Source of the DNA: an uncultured Verrucomicrobiae bacterium
Lineage (GTDB): Bacteria > Verrucomicrobiota > Verrucomicrobiia > Chthoniobacterales > JAFAMB01
Direction: 5' to 3'
Length of the DNA: 64,000 nucleotides
NCBI GenBank assembly: GCA_963748055.1
Contig: CAVVII010000003.1
Coordinates: 68,278-132,277 of the forward strand
The notes under the pieces were generated by a model. It did no database searches. It was not told where the DNA came from and saw nothing but the letters and a program-made list of their open reading frames with translations. The translations under genes and the position numbers were made by a program. How positions within the stretch are numbered: the stretch's first letter is position 1; each line of letters starts with the position of its first letter. This document shows positions 10,757 through 20,402 of this stretch, in pieces.

Positions 10757-11050
10757 CTACCGCAAAGAGACTGTGTCTCCAGGTTTAACGTTGCGACGAG
10801 GTTCAATCAATGCCCAGCCGGTATGTTCTGATCTCGGTTTCACATCCATCAGCCTGCCTAGACGGTCCAAATTAAAATCGGCAACGTTGTGTTTGCCTGC
10901 CCATTTCAGGTTGATCCAGATCGCTATTGCTCCTGAACTATTCTGGTGAACAAAGTCCTTGTTTCTGTGGTCAGCATGCACACTCACAACAAGCGCTGTA
11001 TCCTCGCTACTGTTCATATGGATCCTTTTTTCTAGTTGTTTCTCTGTCAT
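10757..11050 (-). CDS. Hypothetical protein, 97 aa
   Basis: This is the only ORF of reasonable size in the gap between the isomerase and the dehydrogenase, on the same strand as the operon. I recognise no family, so it may be a remnant. Confidence 0.25.
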   Translation of the reverse strand: MTEKQLEKRIHMNSSEDTALVVSVHADHRNKDFVHQNSSGAIAIWINLKWAGKHNVADFNLDRLGRLMDVKPRSEHTGWALIEPRRNVKPGDTVSLR

Positions 11051-11233
11051 AAGAATTGCCCTTTCCGCAGCCGCGATGAAGGTACGGCGTTATGAAATCG
11101 AGTGCACAAATAGTCAAGCGCTATCCGATTTCGATACAGGCAATGCGGACATTCCCTCTTTCCGTCGAGCCGCGTCTTACCAAAGGCTCGTGTCGAGATG
11201 ACACCGCTGACCTCTACAAGTACTCATTTTATC

Positions 11234-12370
11234 TTAAGGCTCCAACACAATTTTGAGCGATTTTTCGCCCTTCTTCATCATGTCGAACCCTTTCTCATAT
11301 TCCTCAAGTGGGAGCCGATGGGTCACAACTCCTTCGGTCGGGAGTCGTCCACTGCTAATGGCATCGATCACGAACGGATAGCAGTAAGGGCCAAGATGGA
11401 CGCCGAGCACATCCAACTGTTTGCGATCAGAAATGATGCTCCAATCGACCGTGACGTCGTGCGAAAAGACGCTGAACTCCACAAATCGGCCAAGCTTGCG
11501 AATCATCTGCAGACCCTGAACGACAGCCTTCGGATGACCCGTAGCTTCAATAAACACATCGCAACCGTAGCCATCCGTCATGTCTTTGACAATCTTGACC
11601 ACGTCATCCTTGATCGGATTGAGAACCACATCGGCGCCAAACTTCTTCGCCAGTACCAGCCGATCCGGTTTTGTGTCCATGACGACCAGTTTCTTTGGAC
11701 TATGGAGTTTGGCGGCACCAACCATTCCGAGCCCCAGCGTTCCCGCACCGGCAAGGACGACGATGTCGTCCCATTGGATATTAGCCCGTTTGATGCACCA
11801 AGCTGAGCAGGAGTATGGCTCGACTAAAATGGCCTTTTCGATCGGCAGATCTTGAGGTACTTGGTGGTTGATCCCCTCCTTCGGGTATCGCATGTACTCA
11901 GCAAAACCACCGTTCACGTTGTTCTGGAAACCGTAAACATCGTGCTTCTCGCACATCCAGTACTGACCGCTTTTACAAAAACGACATTCCCAGCAGGGAA
12001 CGATTTGTTCCGAGATCAGCCGGTCGCCGATCTTGACCTCGCCCTTCTTCGCGACGTTCTCGCCCATCTCGACGACGTGGCCGAGAAATTCGTGCCCTGG
12101 AATCATGGGCGATTTGATGTACTTGGGTTGGCCGCTCCCGCCCCAAAAAGACTCAGCACCCACATAAGCTTTGATGTCGCCCGCGCAGATGCCGCAGCCT
12201 TCCACCTTGATAATGATTTCGTCCGCTCCCGCTCTCGGGACCGGAACAGTCTCCAACCGATAATCGCCTGGCGCATACGCGACGATCGCACGCATTGTTT
12301 CGGGCAGTTGTCCTTGCCCGGTGGTGCGCCTAGATGCCCTTTCAGGCGCTGCTACAGTAGCCGAGCTCAT
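11234..12370 (-). CDS. Zn-dependent medium-chain polyol/alcohol dehydrogenase, 378 aa
   Basis: Catalytic-zinc region PMIPGHEFLGHV, structural-zinc Cys cluster CWECRFCKSGQYWMC, and Rossmann motif LAGAGTLGLG. It is paralogous to 18307-19401 and to the truncated 29442-30167. The start could instead be the internal MRAIVAY. Confidence 0.85.
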   Translation of the reverse strand: MSSATVAAPERASRRTTGQGQLPETMRAIVAYAPGDYRLETVPVPRAGADEIIIKVEGCGICAGDIKAYVGAESFWGGSGQPKYIKSPMIPGHEFLGHVVEMGENVAKKGEVKIGDRLISEQIVPCWECRFCKSGQYWMCEKHDVYGFQNNVNGGFAEYMRYPKEGINHQVPQDLPIEKAILVEPYSCSAWCIKRANIQWDDIVVLAGAGTLGLGMVGAAKLHSPKKLVVMDTKPDRLVLAKKFGADVVLNPIKDDVVKIVKDMTDGYGCDVFIEATGHPKAVVQGLQMIRKLGRFVEFSVFSHDVTVDWSIISDRKQLDVLGVHLGPYCYPFVIDAISSGRLPTEGVVTHRLPLEEYEKGFDMMKKGEKSLKIVLEP

Positions 12371-12497
12371 GAATTGGTCCTCCTTTTAGAGGGGTTGTCC
12401 CTGCTTGAAGAAGGCCACGAGCTGGAAATAACCTTCCGCAAGCAATTTCGGGCTTCGCGCCTTCGTGATTTGTTATGTCTACGATACTCTTAGTTAG

Positions 12498-13586
12498 TTA
12501 AGCTACAAGTCGTTGACCATCTTGCGGGTCAAAAAGATTCAGATCCTCATCATTGAAGCTGAGGTGAACACGACCCCCTGGCTTGAAACGTTCGGTCACC
12601 GGCACGCTGGCCATCAACAGCAAGTCGCCATAGCGCACACCGACATGTGTTTCGTCTCCGAGATTTTCGACAACAGCGATCGCCCCGGGAACACCTATGT
12701 CTGAATCATTCGTGTCGACTTTGACACCCCAAGGACGAACTCCAAGCTTGGCCGAGGATCGGTTACCGAGCAACCGTTGCATGTAGTCGGTCATAGGGAG
12801 GACAAACTCCGTTCCTGGAATGGCGAGCCGCCGACCGGAGTCTACCTCCACCCTAAAGATGTTCATCGGCGGTTCCCCGAGGAACCCCGCGACGAACTCG
12901 TTGGCCGGGTTGTTGAAGACTTTCAGGGGCGTATCAAATTGCTGAAGCTTGCCGTCGTCCAAAACCGCAATCCGCTCCGCTAAAGCCATTGCTTCGAGCT
13001 GATCATGCGTCACGATTATCGTCGAAAATCGCTGTTCGGCGTGTAGACGCTTGATCTCCGTGCGCATGTGAACTCGGAGCGCAGCGTCGAGGTGACTCAA
13101 CGGCTCGTCGAGCAAGAGAACAGCGGGCCGCCGGATCAACGCTCTGGCAATGTTGACACGCTGCTTCTGACCGCTGCTCAGCGTGGCCGGTTTCTGATCG
13201 AGCACATCTTCGACTTGCATGTATTGGGCGACTTCGGCAACGCGTTTCTCGATCTCCTTCACGTTGACGCCATGCGCCTTGAGGTTGAACGCAAGATTTT
13301 CGCGAACCTTGAGCGGTGGATAAAGCGCGTAGTTCTCGAACGCCAGACCAATCCCGCGATCTTTGGGATGCACGTTGTTAATGACTTTGCCACCTATCAG
13401 CATCTCGCCCTCGGTTACTGTTTCTAAACCGGCCAGCATTCGCAGCGTCGTCGATTTTCCGCAACCCGACGGTCCAAGCAGCGCGATAAATTCGCCATCC
13501 CGCATTTCGAGATTCAAATTGTCGACTGCCCGAGGTGTGGTCGGGCTGTATTGCTTTACGACTTTTTTGAGAGCGAGCTCAGCCAT
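12498..13586 (-). CDS. ABC ATP-binding protein (MalK/UgpC type), 362 aa
   Basis: GPSGCGKST, LSSGQKQRVNIARA, LLLDEPLSHLD and VTHD, plus a C-terminal TOBE-like domain. It overlaps the upstream ATPase stop. Confidence 0.9.
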   Translation of the reverse strand: MAELALKKVVKQYSPTTPRAVDNLNLEMRDGEFIALLGPSGCGKSTTLRMLAGLETVTEGEMLIGGKVINNVHPKDRGIGLAFENYALYPPLKVRENLAFNLKAHGVNVKEIEKRVAEVAQYMQVEDVLDQKPATLSSGQKQRVNIARALIRRPAVLLLDEPLSHLDAALRVHMRTEIKRLHAEQRFSTIIVTHDQLEAMALAERIAVLDDGKLQQFDTPLKVFNNPANEFVAGFLGEPPMNIFRVEVDSGRRLAIPGTEFVLPMTDYMQRLLGNRSSAKLGVRPWGVKVDTNDSDIGVPGAIAVVENLGDETHVGVRYGDLLLMASVPVTERFKPGGRVHLSFNDEDLNLFDPQDGQRLVA

Positions 13587-14721
13587 GGATGACTTCCTCA
13601 GCAGGTTGTTCCGATCGCGCCAGAAACGCTTGCGTGTCTGAATCGAATGTTAGAAGCGAATGCGGGTCAATCAAGAACCGGACTCGCCGATCTATTTCAA
13701 AGGATAAGTGTCCATCGACCAAAGCTCGGATTCGCGTGCCGTCCACCGCCTGCACCGTTAATATCGACTTCGCCCCCAGTGGCTCGAAACTGTACACGAC
13801 TCCATGAAAGGCATTCTTATTACTATCCGGCACGATGCTGACGTCTGACGGACGAAAACCGACGCGAACCTTTTTTTTGCCGTTCTTCTGCAATGCTTGC
13901 GCGACATCCGCAGGTAGCGGTATCGGAATGTTTTCAGCGAGAATTTGCAGTTCCAGTTCTGTTCCGTTTGTCGATTTGAGCGTCGCATCGACCAGATTCA
14001 CGTCCGGATCGCCGAACAAATGAGCGACTAGCGTGCTGGCGGGGTGGAAGTAAATTTCTTTTGGAGTGCCTATCTGCTGGGTACGACCTTCATTAATCAC
14101 CAAAATTCGGTCAGCGAGACTCATCGCTTCCAGGTAATCGTGTGTCACATACAGCGTTGTGGTCCCGAGCTGGCTCCGCATCTCCTTAAGTTCGGCACGC
14201 ATCGAATGTCGAAGCTTAGCATCGAGGTGACTGAGAGGTTCATCCAGAAGAAAGATGTCGGGCTTGCGAACCAGCGCGCGACCAAGCGCCACCCGCTGGC
14301 GTTGCCCATTGCTTAACGCCGTTATCTGCCGGTCCACCAAGTGGTCAATCTTCATGATCTTGGCGTATTGAGTCACGCGCTTATTCACTTGGTCCTCGGG
14401 TAGCTTGAATTTGGGACTTCGAAGTGGAAATGCCATGTTGTCAAAGACGCTTAGTTGCGGATAAAGCGCGTAACTTTCGAATACCATCGCAACATTCCGG
14501 TCCGCTGGTTCGAGGCCGTCAATGTCTCGTTCTGCAATCTTGACGGTGCCCCGGTTCGGAGTCACGATGCCCGCAATCAGGTTCAACGTCGTCGTTTTGC
14601 CAGCCCCCGCCGGACCGAAGATCGCCACGAACTCCTTATCGGCGATGTTCAGGCTCAGGTCTTCAACCCCCCGTCTCTTGCCGTACCACTTGGTCAATCC
14701 CTTTAGCTCAACACTGGCCAT
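13579..14721 (-). CDS. ABC ATP-binding protein (MalK/UgpC type), 380 aa
   Basis: GPAGAGKTT, LSNGQRQRVALGRA, FLLDEPLSHLD and VTHD. This is the second ATPase of the same operon. Confidence 0.9.
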   Translation of the reverse strand: MASVELKGLTKWYGKRRGVEDLSLNIADKEFVAIFGPAGAGKTTTLNLIAGIVTPNRGTVKIAERDIDGLEPADRNVAMVFESYALYPQLSVFDNMAFPLRSPKFKLPEDQVNKRVTQYAKIMKIDHLVDRQITALSNGQRQRVALGRALVRKPDIFLLDEPLSHLDAKLRHSMRAELKEMRSQLGTTTLYVTHDYLEAMSLADRILVINEGRTQQIGTPKEIYFHPASTLVAHLFGDPDVNLVDATLKSTNGTELELQILAENIPIPLPADVAQALQKNGKKKVRVGFRPSDVSIVPDSNKNAFHGVVYSFEPLGAKSILTVQAVDGTRIRALVDGHLSFEIDRRVRFLIDPHSLLTFDSDTQAFLARSEQPAEEVIHG

Positions 14722-14727
14722 AAATAT

Positions 14728-15535
14728 CTATCCTTTCACAGCGCCGAAAGACAGACCTCGCACCAGGTGTTTTTGAATTAACAAAGCCAATATGATTTCC
14801 GGTAACGCGCAGATTAACGCTGCGGCGGCAACCCATCCGTAGTGGACCGTGTCGGATGCCAGGAATCTCATCATCGAAACCGTCGAGGTCTGGGTGTGCC
14901 CCCCTCCCAACAGCAATGCGAACGTGAAACGAGTTCCAGCAAAATATGAAGCAGAGTAGCCCCGCCGCCACCAAGCCGGGTTTGACCAAGGGTAGCAGCA
15001 TCTTAAAGAACACCTGCCACCAGGTGTACCCATCGAGTTGCGCCGCCGCTTCCATATCCGTTGAGAGATCCTCAAAGAATCCTCGCAAGATCCAGATCAA
15101 CAGAGGAAGACTGATGAGTTGGTAGACCCAGACCAACCCCACCGTGCTGTCGATCAGGTGCAAATTCTGGTAAATCAAATACAGCGGAATAATCACTAGA
15201 ATCTCCGGTGCGAATTTGAACGAAAGAAACGTAAATGCGATATCCTCTTTGCCTTTGAAATCAAAACGCCCCAGAGCATACGCGGCAGGCACTCCAACCA
15301 ATAGGGAGAGGGCAACTGCAAGACAACTGACAACCAGGTTGTTCCACAAGGTCAGGAGGAAATCTGTCTCGTTGAAGACGGCCCTGAAGTTTTCCAGTGT
15401 CGGCGTGAAAAAGAACGTCGTGGTAAACATCTCGTTATCCGGCTTGAAGGAGAGAATCAGCATCCAGACAAGCGGGAATAATGCGAAAAGCGCGTAGAGC
15501 AGAAGCAAGATAGTTTTCGCTACCAACCCTGCCAT
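14728..15535 (-). pseudogene. CUT1-type ABC permease (MalG/UgpE-like), one frameshift
   Basis: The sequence is good to ...DMEAAAQLDGYTWWQVFFKMLLPLVKPGLVAAGLLCFIFCWN (EAA loop). The true C-terminus TFALLLGGGHTQTSTV...ALPEIILALLIQKHLVRGLSFGAVKG is in the frame of ORF 14728-15075. The shift is near 14940. Confidence 0.75.
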
Positions 15536-15563
15536 ACCGAGGGGATTGCCATTGCTTCATAAA

Positions 15564-16429
15564 TTACACTGCTCCAGAGGATAATTTCTGCGCTTTTCTC
15601 CAATATCCGATCAGTACGAAACAAATCGCGTAGATGAATGTCCACAGGAAGAGCAGCATCGGAATCGATCCGCTCAGATTGTAGAAAGGAAAGGCCCGGT
15701 TATAGGCCGCTAACGCTATGCTGAGCGTCTTGTCGCCCGGACCACCTTTGGTCGAGGCAAAAATGATCGCGAATTCCTGCAAGGAGGTCATCAAGCGGAA
15801 TATCAGCGCGACCAATAAAACCGGCGCGAGCATCGGCAGCGTCAAATTGCGAAAGACGAACCAAGCTGAACCTCCGTCGATCAATGCCGCTTCATACGGA
15901 GATTTTGGTAAGGATCGAAGCCCCGCAAGCGCCAGAATGACCACGAAAGGCGTGTATATCCAGATGTCAATCAAGAGCACTGAAAACAAGCGCGAAATTA
16001 GGATCCGCGCTCCATCTAAAACCGCCTAGACCGATCCAGGAAAGCGGAAAACGCAGAATGCCGACCGACGGATTGGTCATCAGTTGCCAGACCAATGCGC
16101 CGATCACCGGAGCGATCATCAAAGGAAAGATCAGCACTAAACGCAAAAACTTCGAAAGCCAGTTCTCTTCATTTAAGAGCAAGGCAATGCCAAGTCCCAG
16201 CAGCATTTCCAGCCCCGTTGCCCAGAACGCATACTGGAGGGTAATGGAGAGCCGAGTGCCAAAAATCGGGGCTCGTGAAGGTGTCTACGTAATTCGCGAA
16301 TCCGATTAGACTGAAGTCAGAGCTTCTAAGTGTCAGATCGGTGAACGAATAGAAGATGGCGACTATGAACGGAATCAAGATTCCGATCGTCAGCAGAAAC
16401 GACGGCGCCAGGACCAGAAATGGGCGCAA
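15564..16429 (-). pseudogene. CUT1-type ABC permease (MalF/UgpA-like), two frameshifts
   Basis: Three consecutive ORFs in three frames (16169-16429, 15967-16206, 15564-15989) together give one permease: MRPFLVLAPSFLLT... | ...LLGLGIALLLNEENWLSKFLRLVLIFPLMIAP... | ...YEAALIDGGSAWFVFRNLTLPML.... Confidence 0.75.
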
Positions 16430-16783
16430 GGCTTTCCTTCGCGCATATTTCTTTCCGGCTTCCGAGAGTTCTGTTCGCGGCGGGTCGATCCGGCGTTGTT
16501 GTGGGTGCAGCTGTGGCTGTGCTCATGCTGATGCAATGGCGTAGCCGTTTGGAGGGGAATGCTTTCGATGGCAACGAGTCCCCGAGGGACGTGGACGATT
16601 CAAAATAACAACACAGATTGCGGATCGGGAAGAATTTTTACACTGGCGATTCACGTCCTGTCGTCCCATTCTCCGCAATAAGCCTGTGTTGCACTCGAAG
16701 AAGCGAATCTTCAAGGGCTGGGCGGCTCGATGCCGCCCAGTGTCCATGAGAATCCGCTTATCGTGCCGATTGCGTCTGCGCAG

Positions 16784-18179
16784 TCAGTTTTTTCGCCCGA
16801 CTCGCTCAACTTCAACTTGGAAGTCTCGCGCGAAATCCGCTTGGCGAGCTCTTTCATCGCCGTTTCCGGGTTTGCGCCCGAGAGCACAATTTGTTGCAGA
16901 GTGGCAGCCCACTCCGTGGTCGATTGGATGAAGTACGGCTGAGGCGTGAATTTGATGCCGGTGTTCGGAATCGTCTTCTGGAAGGTGTCGGCGTATCCCT
17001 ACAACCTTGGATAGCTTCTCCTTGAATTGTTCGTTATCCCAGATCGACTTGCGCGCCGGGTCGACGGTCTTGGCGTTGAGCGCCGCCCAGAGTTCGAACT
17101 CTGGTCCCGTGAAATACTGGATGAAAAGCCACGCTGCCTTCTTGTTCTTAGAAGAGCTATTCATCGCGAGCTGCCATACCCATTCATTGGATTGTGGTGC
17201 GTCGCCCGCCTTGAACACCGGCGCTGGCGCGAACGCAATATTGCCAGATTGATTGGTGCTCCCGGGAACGTTCTGGAAATAGCCGTTGATATCCGCATCG
17301 TACAAGATCGCTGCTTTGCCGGCTCCAAGGTCAGCACCGCACTGATACCAGGTATAGTTCGACCAAGCCGGCGGGCCTCCGTCCTTGATCATTTTCGCAA
17401 ACTTGGTCGTCACCGCAATTGCTTCAGGAGAGTCCAGCGCGGAGACCAGTTTGCCGTCCTTGATGACGAAATCCTTCGCCCCGGCGCTGCTGAAAGTCGA
17501 CATGTATCCGGGATGGATCGTCGCCCAATTCCGCGTACCTCGAACTGCCACTCCGTATGATCCGGGACCATTCCAACCCTTTAATTTCGTGGCCAATTCA
17601 GTCAGTTCATCCAAGGTTTCCGGTGGCTTCAGGCCCTTCTCGTCGAAGTATTTTTTGTTGTACGCAAGGGAATACATCTCAAAGCCGAGCGGGAGCGAAT
17701 ACAGACTGCCCGTACCGGTAGGATCTCCTGGCTTAAGATCCCATTTTCCCCCGTTGAATACGCCTTCGAAAATATCCTTTGAGTTATAATCCGGATTGGT
17801 GAGCGCTGGATCGCCGAGGTATTTATCCAAAGGCTCAACGCGATTGGAACTCGCATAATCCCACATCTGGTAAACGCCAGTCATGAAGACATCGGGAGTA
17901 CCGGTCTTGGCCGATAACATGGTTGTCACTTTGTCGAAGTAGTTCTCCTCGGGAGTCACTTCGTGCGACACTTCGATACCCGTTAGTTCTTTAAACTTAG
18001 GCCAGTTGCTGGATCATTGCGTCAGCATACGGGTGCTGGTTAAACGCAATCGTGATTTTGGCACCAGATGCCTGTTTCCAATCGAACTTGCTGTCTTCAG
18101 CTCTGGCGGAAGCACCGGCCAGAATCGCAGCACAAACGGACACCACGAACAATGCACTTTTGGGGGAACGGATTCTCAT
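16784..18179 (-). pseudogene. Extracellular solute-binding protein (family 1), at least two frameshifts; 3' end uncertain
   Basis: The signal peptide MRIRSPKSALFVVSVCAAILAGASARA is in ORF 17997-18179, and the body is in ORF 16784-17971. After ...FKEKLSKVV the conserved tail (GYADTFQKTIPNTGIKFTPQPYFIQSTTEWAATLQQI...) is in a third frame, which runs to about 16711. Confidence 0.75.
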
Positions 18180-18306
18180 ATTCAGTAGGAACTTCTCAAC
18201 CCTGGTAACCCATGGAACTATTTTGAAGAATTAAACGTCAGTTGAGCGGTGTTAGCAATCTTTTTTCCGGATTGGTCCGGCAAGCAATCGGTAAGGCCTC
18301 TAGTTC

Positions 18307-19401
18307 TCAAGGTTCGAGAGTTACTTTCACGGAGGTCACACCCGACTGAACCATATCAATCCCTTTCTGGTAGTCTTTCAATGGCAAGCGATGCGTCACA
18401 ATTTCCTCCATAGGCAGCAGGCCTTTCTCAATCATGCGAATGGCAACCGGATAACAGTTGGGACTGAGGTGACCGCCATGGACGTTGAGTTCTTTGGTGT
18501 CGCCGATGATCGTCCAGTCGACCGTAACTTTCTCTCGCATTACGCTGAACTCGACGAAGGTGCCGAGTTTGCGGATCATCTGTAAGCCTTGTTCGACCGC
18601 AGGCGGGGCACCCGTCACCTCGATGTAGACGTCACAGCCGTAACCACCGGTCAGTTCGCGTACTTTGGCGACGGCATCTTCCTTTTTCGGGTTGATGCCG
18701 ACGTCAGCGCCGGTGCGCTTCGCAACCTCAAGCCGATCGTCGCTCAGATCCAAAGCGATGATGCGTTCAGGGCCTCTCATCTTGGCGGCCGCCACCATCC
18801 CCAACCCAAGCGGACCGCACCCGGCAATCACCACCGTGTCCTGAAATCGAATGTTACCCCGTTCCACCGCGTGAATGGAGCAGGCCAACGGTTCGATAAA
18901 CGCCGCATAGTGCCAAGGCACCGACTCCGGGACTTTATAGTTGAGGGCTCCCGACGGAAAAACCATGTATTCGGCCCACGCGCCGAAGGTCCGTTGGTGG
19001 AACCCATAGATGTCATGGACGGCGCACATCCAGTAAGCGCCCATTTTGCAGTACTTGCATTCCCAGCAGGGAACGATCTGTTCGCTGACCGCATGGTCAC
19101 CGATTGCTAACCCGTACTTTTCCGCAGCGCGTTCTCCAAGGGCAACCACTTCGCCCACAAATTCGTGGCCGGGGGTGACAGGGGGCTGGCAATAGCCGGG
19201 TCGAGTTTCGTCACCCCAGAACATCGCGGCACCGGTGTAACATTTGATGTCACTGGCACAAATCCCCGTGCTTTTGACTTTGACCACCACCTCCCCGGGA
19301 CCTGCTTTCGGCACGTCTCGCTCTTCCATCCGATAGTCTTCGGGGGCGTGGCAGATCACGGCGCCCATTCTCTTTGGCAGTTTTTCAGTGACGGCATTCA
19401 T
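18307..19401 (-). CDS. Zn-dependent medium-chain polyol/alcohol dehydrogenase, 364 aa (paralogue of 11234-12370)
   Basis: PVTPGHEFVGEV, CWECKYCKMGAYWMC and IAGCGPLGLG. It is collinear with the other Zn-dehydrogenase in the window. Confidence 0.85.
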   Translation of the reverse strand: MNAVTEKLPKRMGAVICHAPEDYRMEERDVPKAGPGEVVVKVKSTGICASDIKCYTGAAMFWGDETRPGYCQPPVTPGHEFVGEVVALGERAAEKYGLAIGDHAVSEQIVPCWECKYCKMGAYWMCAVHDIYGFHQRTFGAWAEYMVFPSGALNYKVPESVPWHYAAFIEPLACSIHAVERGNIRFQDTVVIAGCGPLGLGMVAAAKMRGPERIIALDLSDDRLEVAKRTGADVGINPKKEDAVAKVRELTGGYGCDVYIEVTGAPPAVEQGLQMIRKLGTFVEFSVMREKVTVDWTIIGDTKELNVHGGHLSPNCYPVAIRMIEKGLLPMEEIVTHRLPLKDYQKGIDMVQSGVTSVKVTLEP

Positions 19402-19818
19402 TGATTTTCATCCTTTATTTTACTGAAAAGCGAAAAGTTAGTTATTGTACGTTACAAAATTCACCGCTCGTCTTACACCTGTCCACGCAGGCTGAGTCAT
19501 CGTCTTTTTCCCGAGAACTTTCCTCAAAGCGGTAAGATAGGTAAGTTTATCAGCTCCGTTTCTGCTACACCACGCATCGACGGATTCGATGGGCCAAACG
19601 GGCACATTCTTCCCGGATGAGGGCGCTCCCCAATGCGGCTCGTCGATGTCGCGAGTGCTTCGGGGTAGCTCTTCTTGGGTGTCCGAAAACTCACCCGTTG
19701 ATGGGTTAGAATGCATGGGGGGTGAAGCTCGGAAGCGGCGTCTGTAAACTCAGGATAGACCCCCTCCCTTTGGGCGTCAAGGGGCGGTGTCTCCACACCT
19801 GCACACGGCAGCGCCAAT

Positions 19819-20402
19819 TCATGAGAGTCCTTTGAAGTTGGGATATTTACTGAGGGCCAGGCGGAGTGCCGGACGGTGGTGGTCTTCGGACAAAGCGGAT
19901 TGGAAATCAGTGGTGGTGACATGGTCTGGACGTCGCTGGTAGCCACGCCATTGCATGAAGAGGCTATTGCTCAAGCGCAGCATCATGCCGAGAACTAACA
20001 TAGCGTTGTCGTTGCGCACCCGACAGCGGTCGTCGTTGTGGGAGATATCCAAGCGCTGATGCAAACCGCTCTCAATGCCCCAATAATCCCGGTTCAGACG
20101 CAACCAGTCTATCGCATCGAGTCGGGAGGGCTCGACACTGGTGATCAGCGCCACCAATTCGTCTTTGCGCCCTTGGGTCTGGCGCAACAGAAGAGCGGCC
20201 TGCTCGGCCAATGGGAAGCAGACCTCTTCAGCGCTGACCGGTGCGGCGACAATACTGCGGCTTTCCTTGCGGCTTTTGTTGATTTCCTGCACGCAAGTCT
20301 GGGTGGGCGTCGCCTCATGAGGGGGGAAAATCGCCCTGAGGGGCGGCCACGAGTGTTTCGATCTGTTCGCGCACGGTGGGTTGATTGCCCTTGACCGTTA
20401 GC
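19819..20402 (-). pseudogene. ISAs1-family transposase, C-terminal part (downstream of the IS1634 insertion), one frameshift
   Basis: L-T-VKGNQPTVREQIETLVAAPQGDFPP | HEATPTQTCVQEINKSRKE...LRLNRDYWGIESGLHQRLDISHNDDRCRVRN.... The frame change is in the G6 run at 20321-20326. The sequence continues the ...HGADCLLT that ends at 22232. Confidence 0.7.

Noticed and set aside
19438-19716. A 92-aa minus-strand ORF between the second Zn-dehydrogenase and the ISAs1-like element.
   Set aside because: It has no recognisable family and no obvious ribosome-binding context, and it lies where the unidentified end of the ISAs1-like element should be. There is insufficient support for a gene call.
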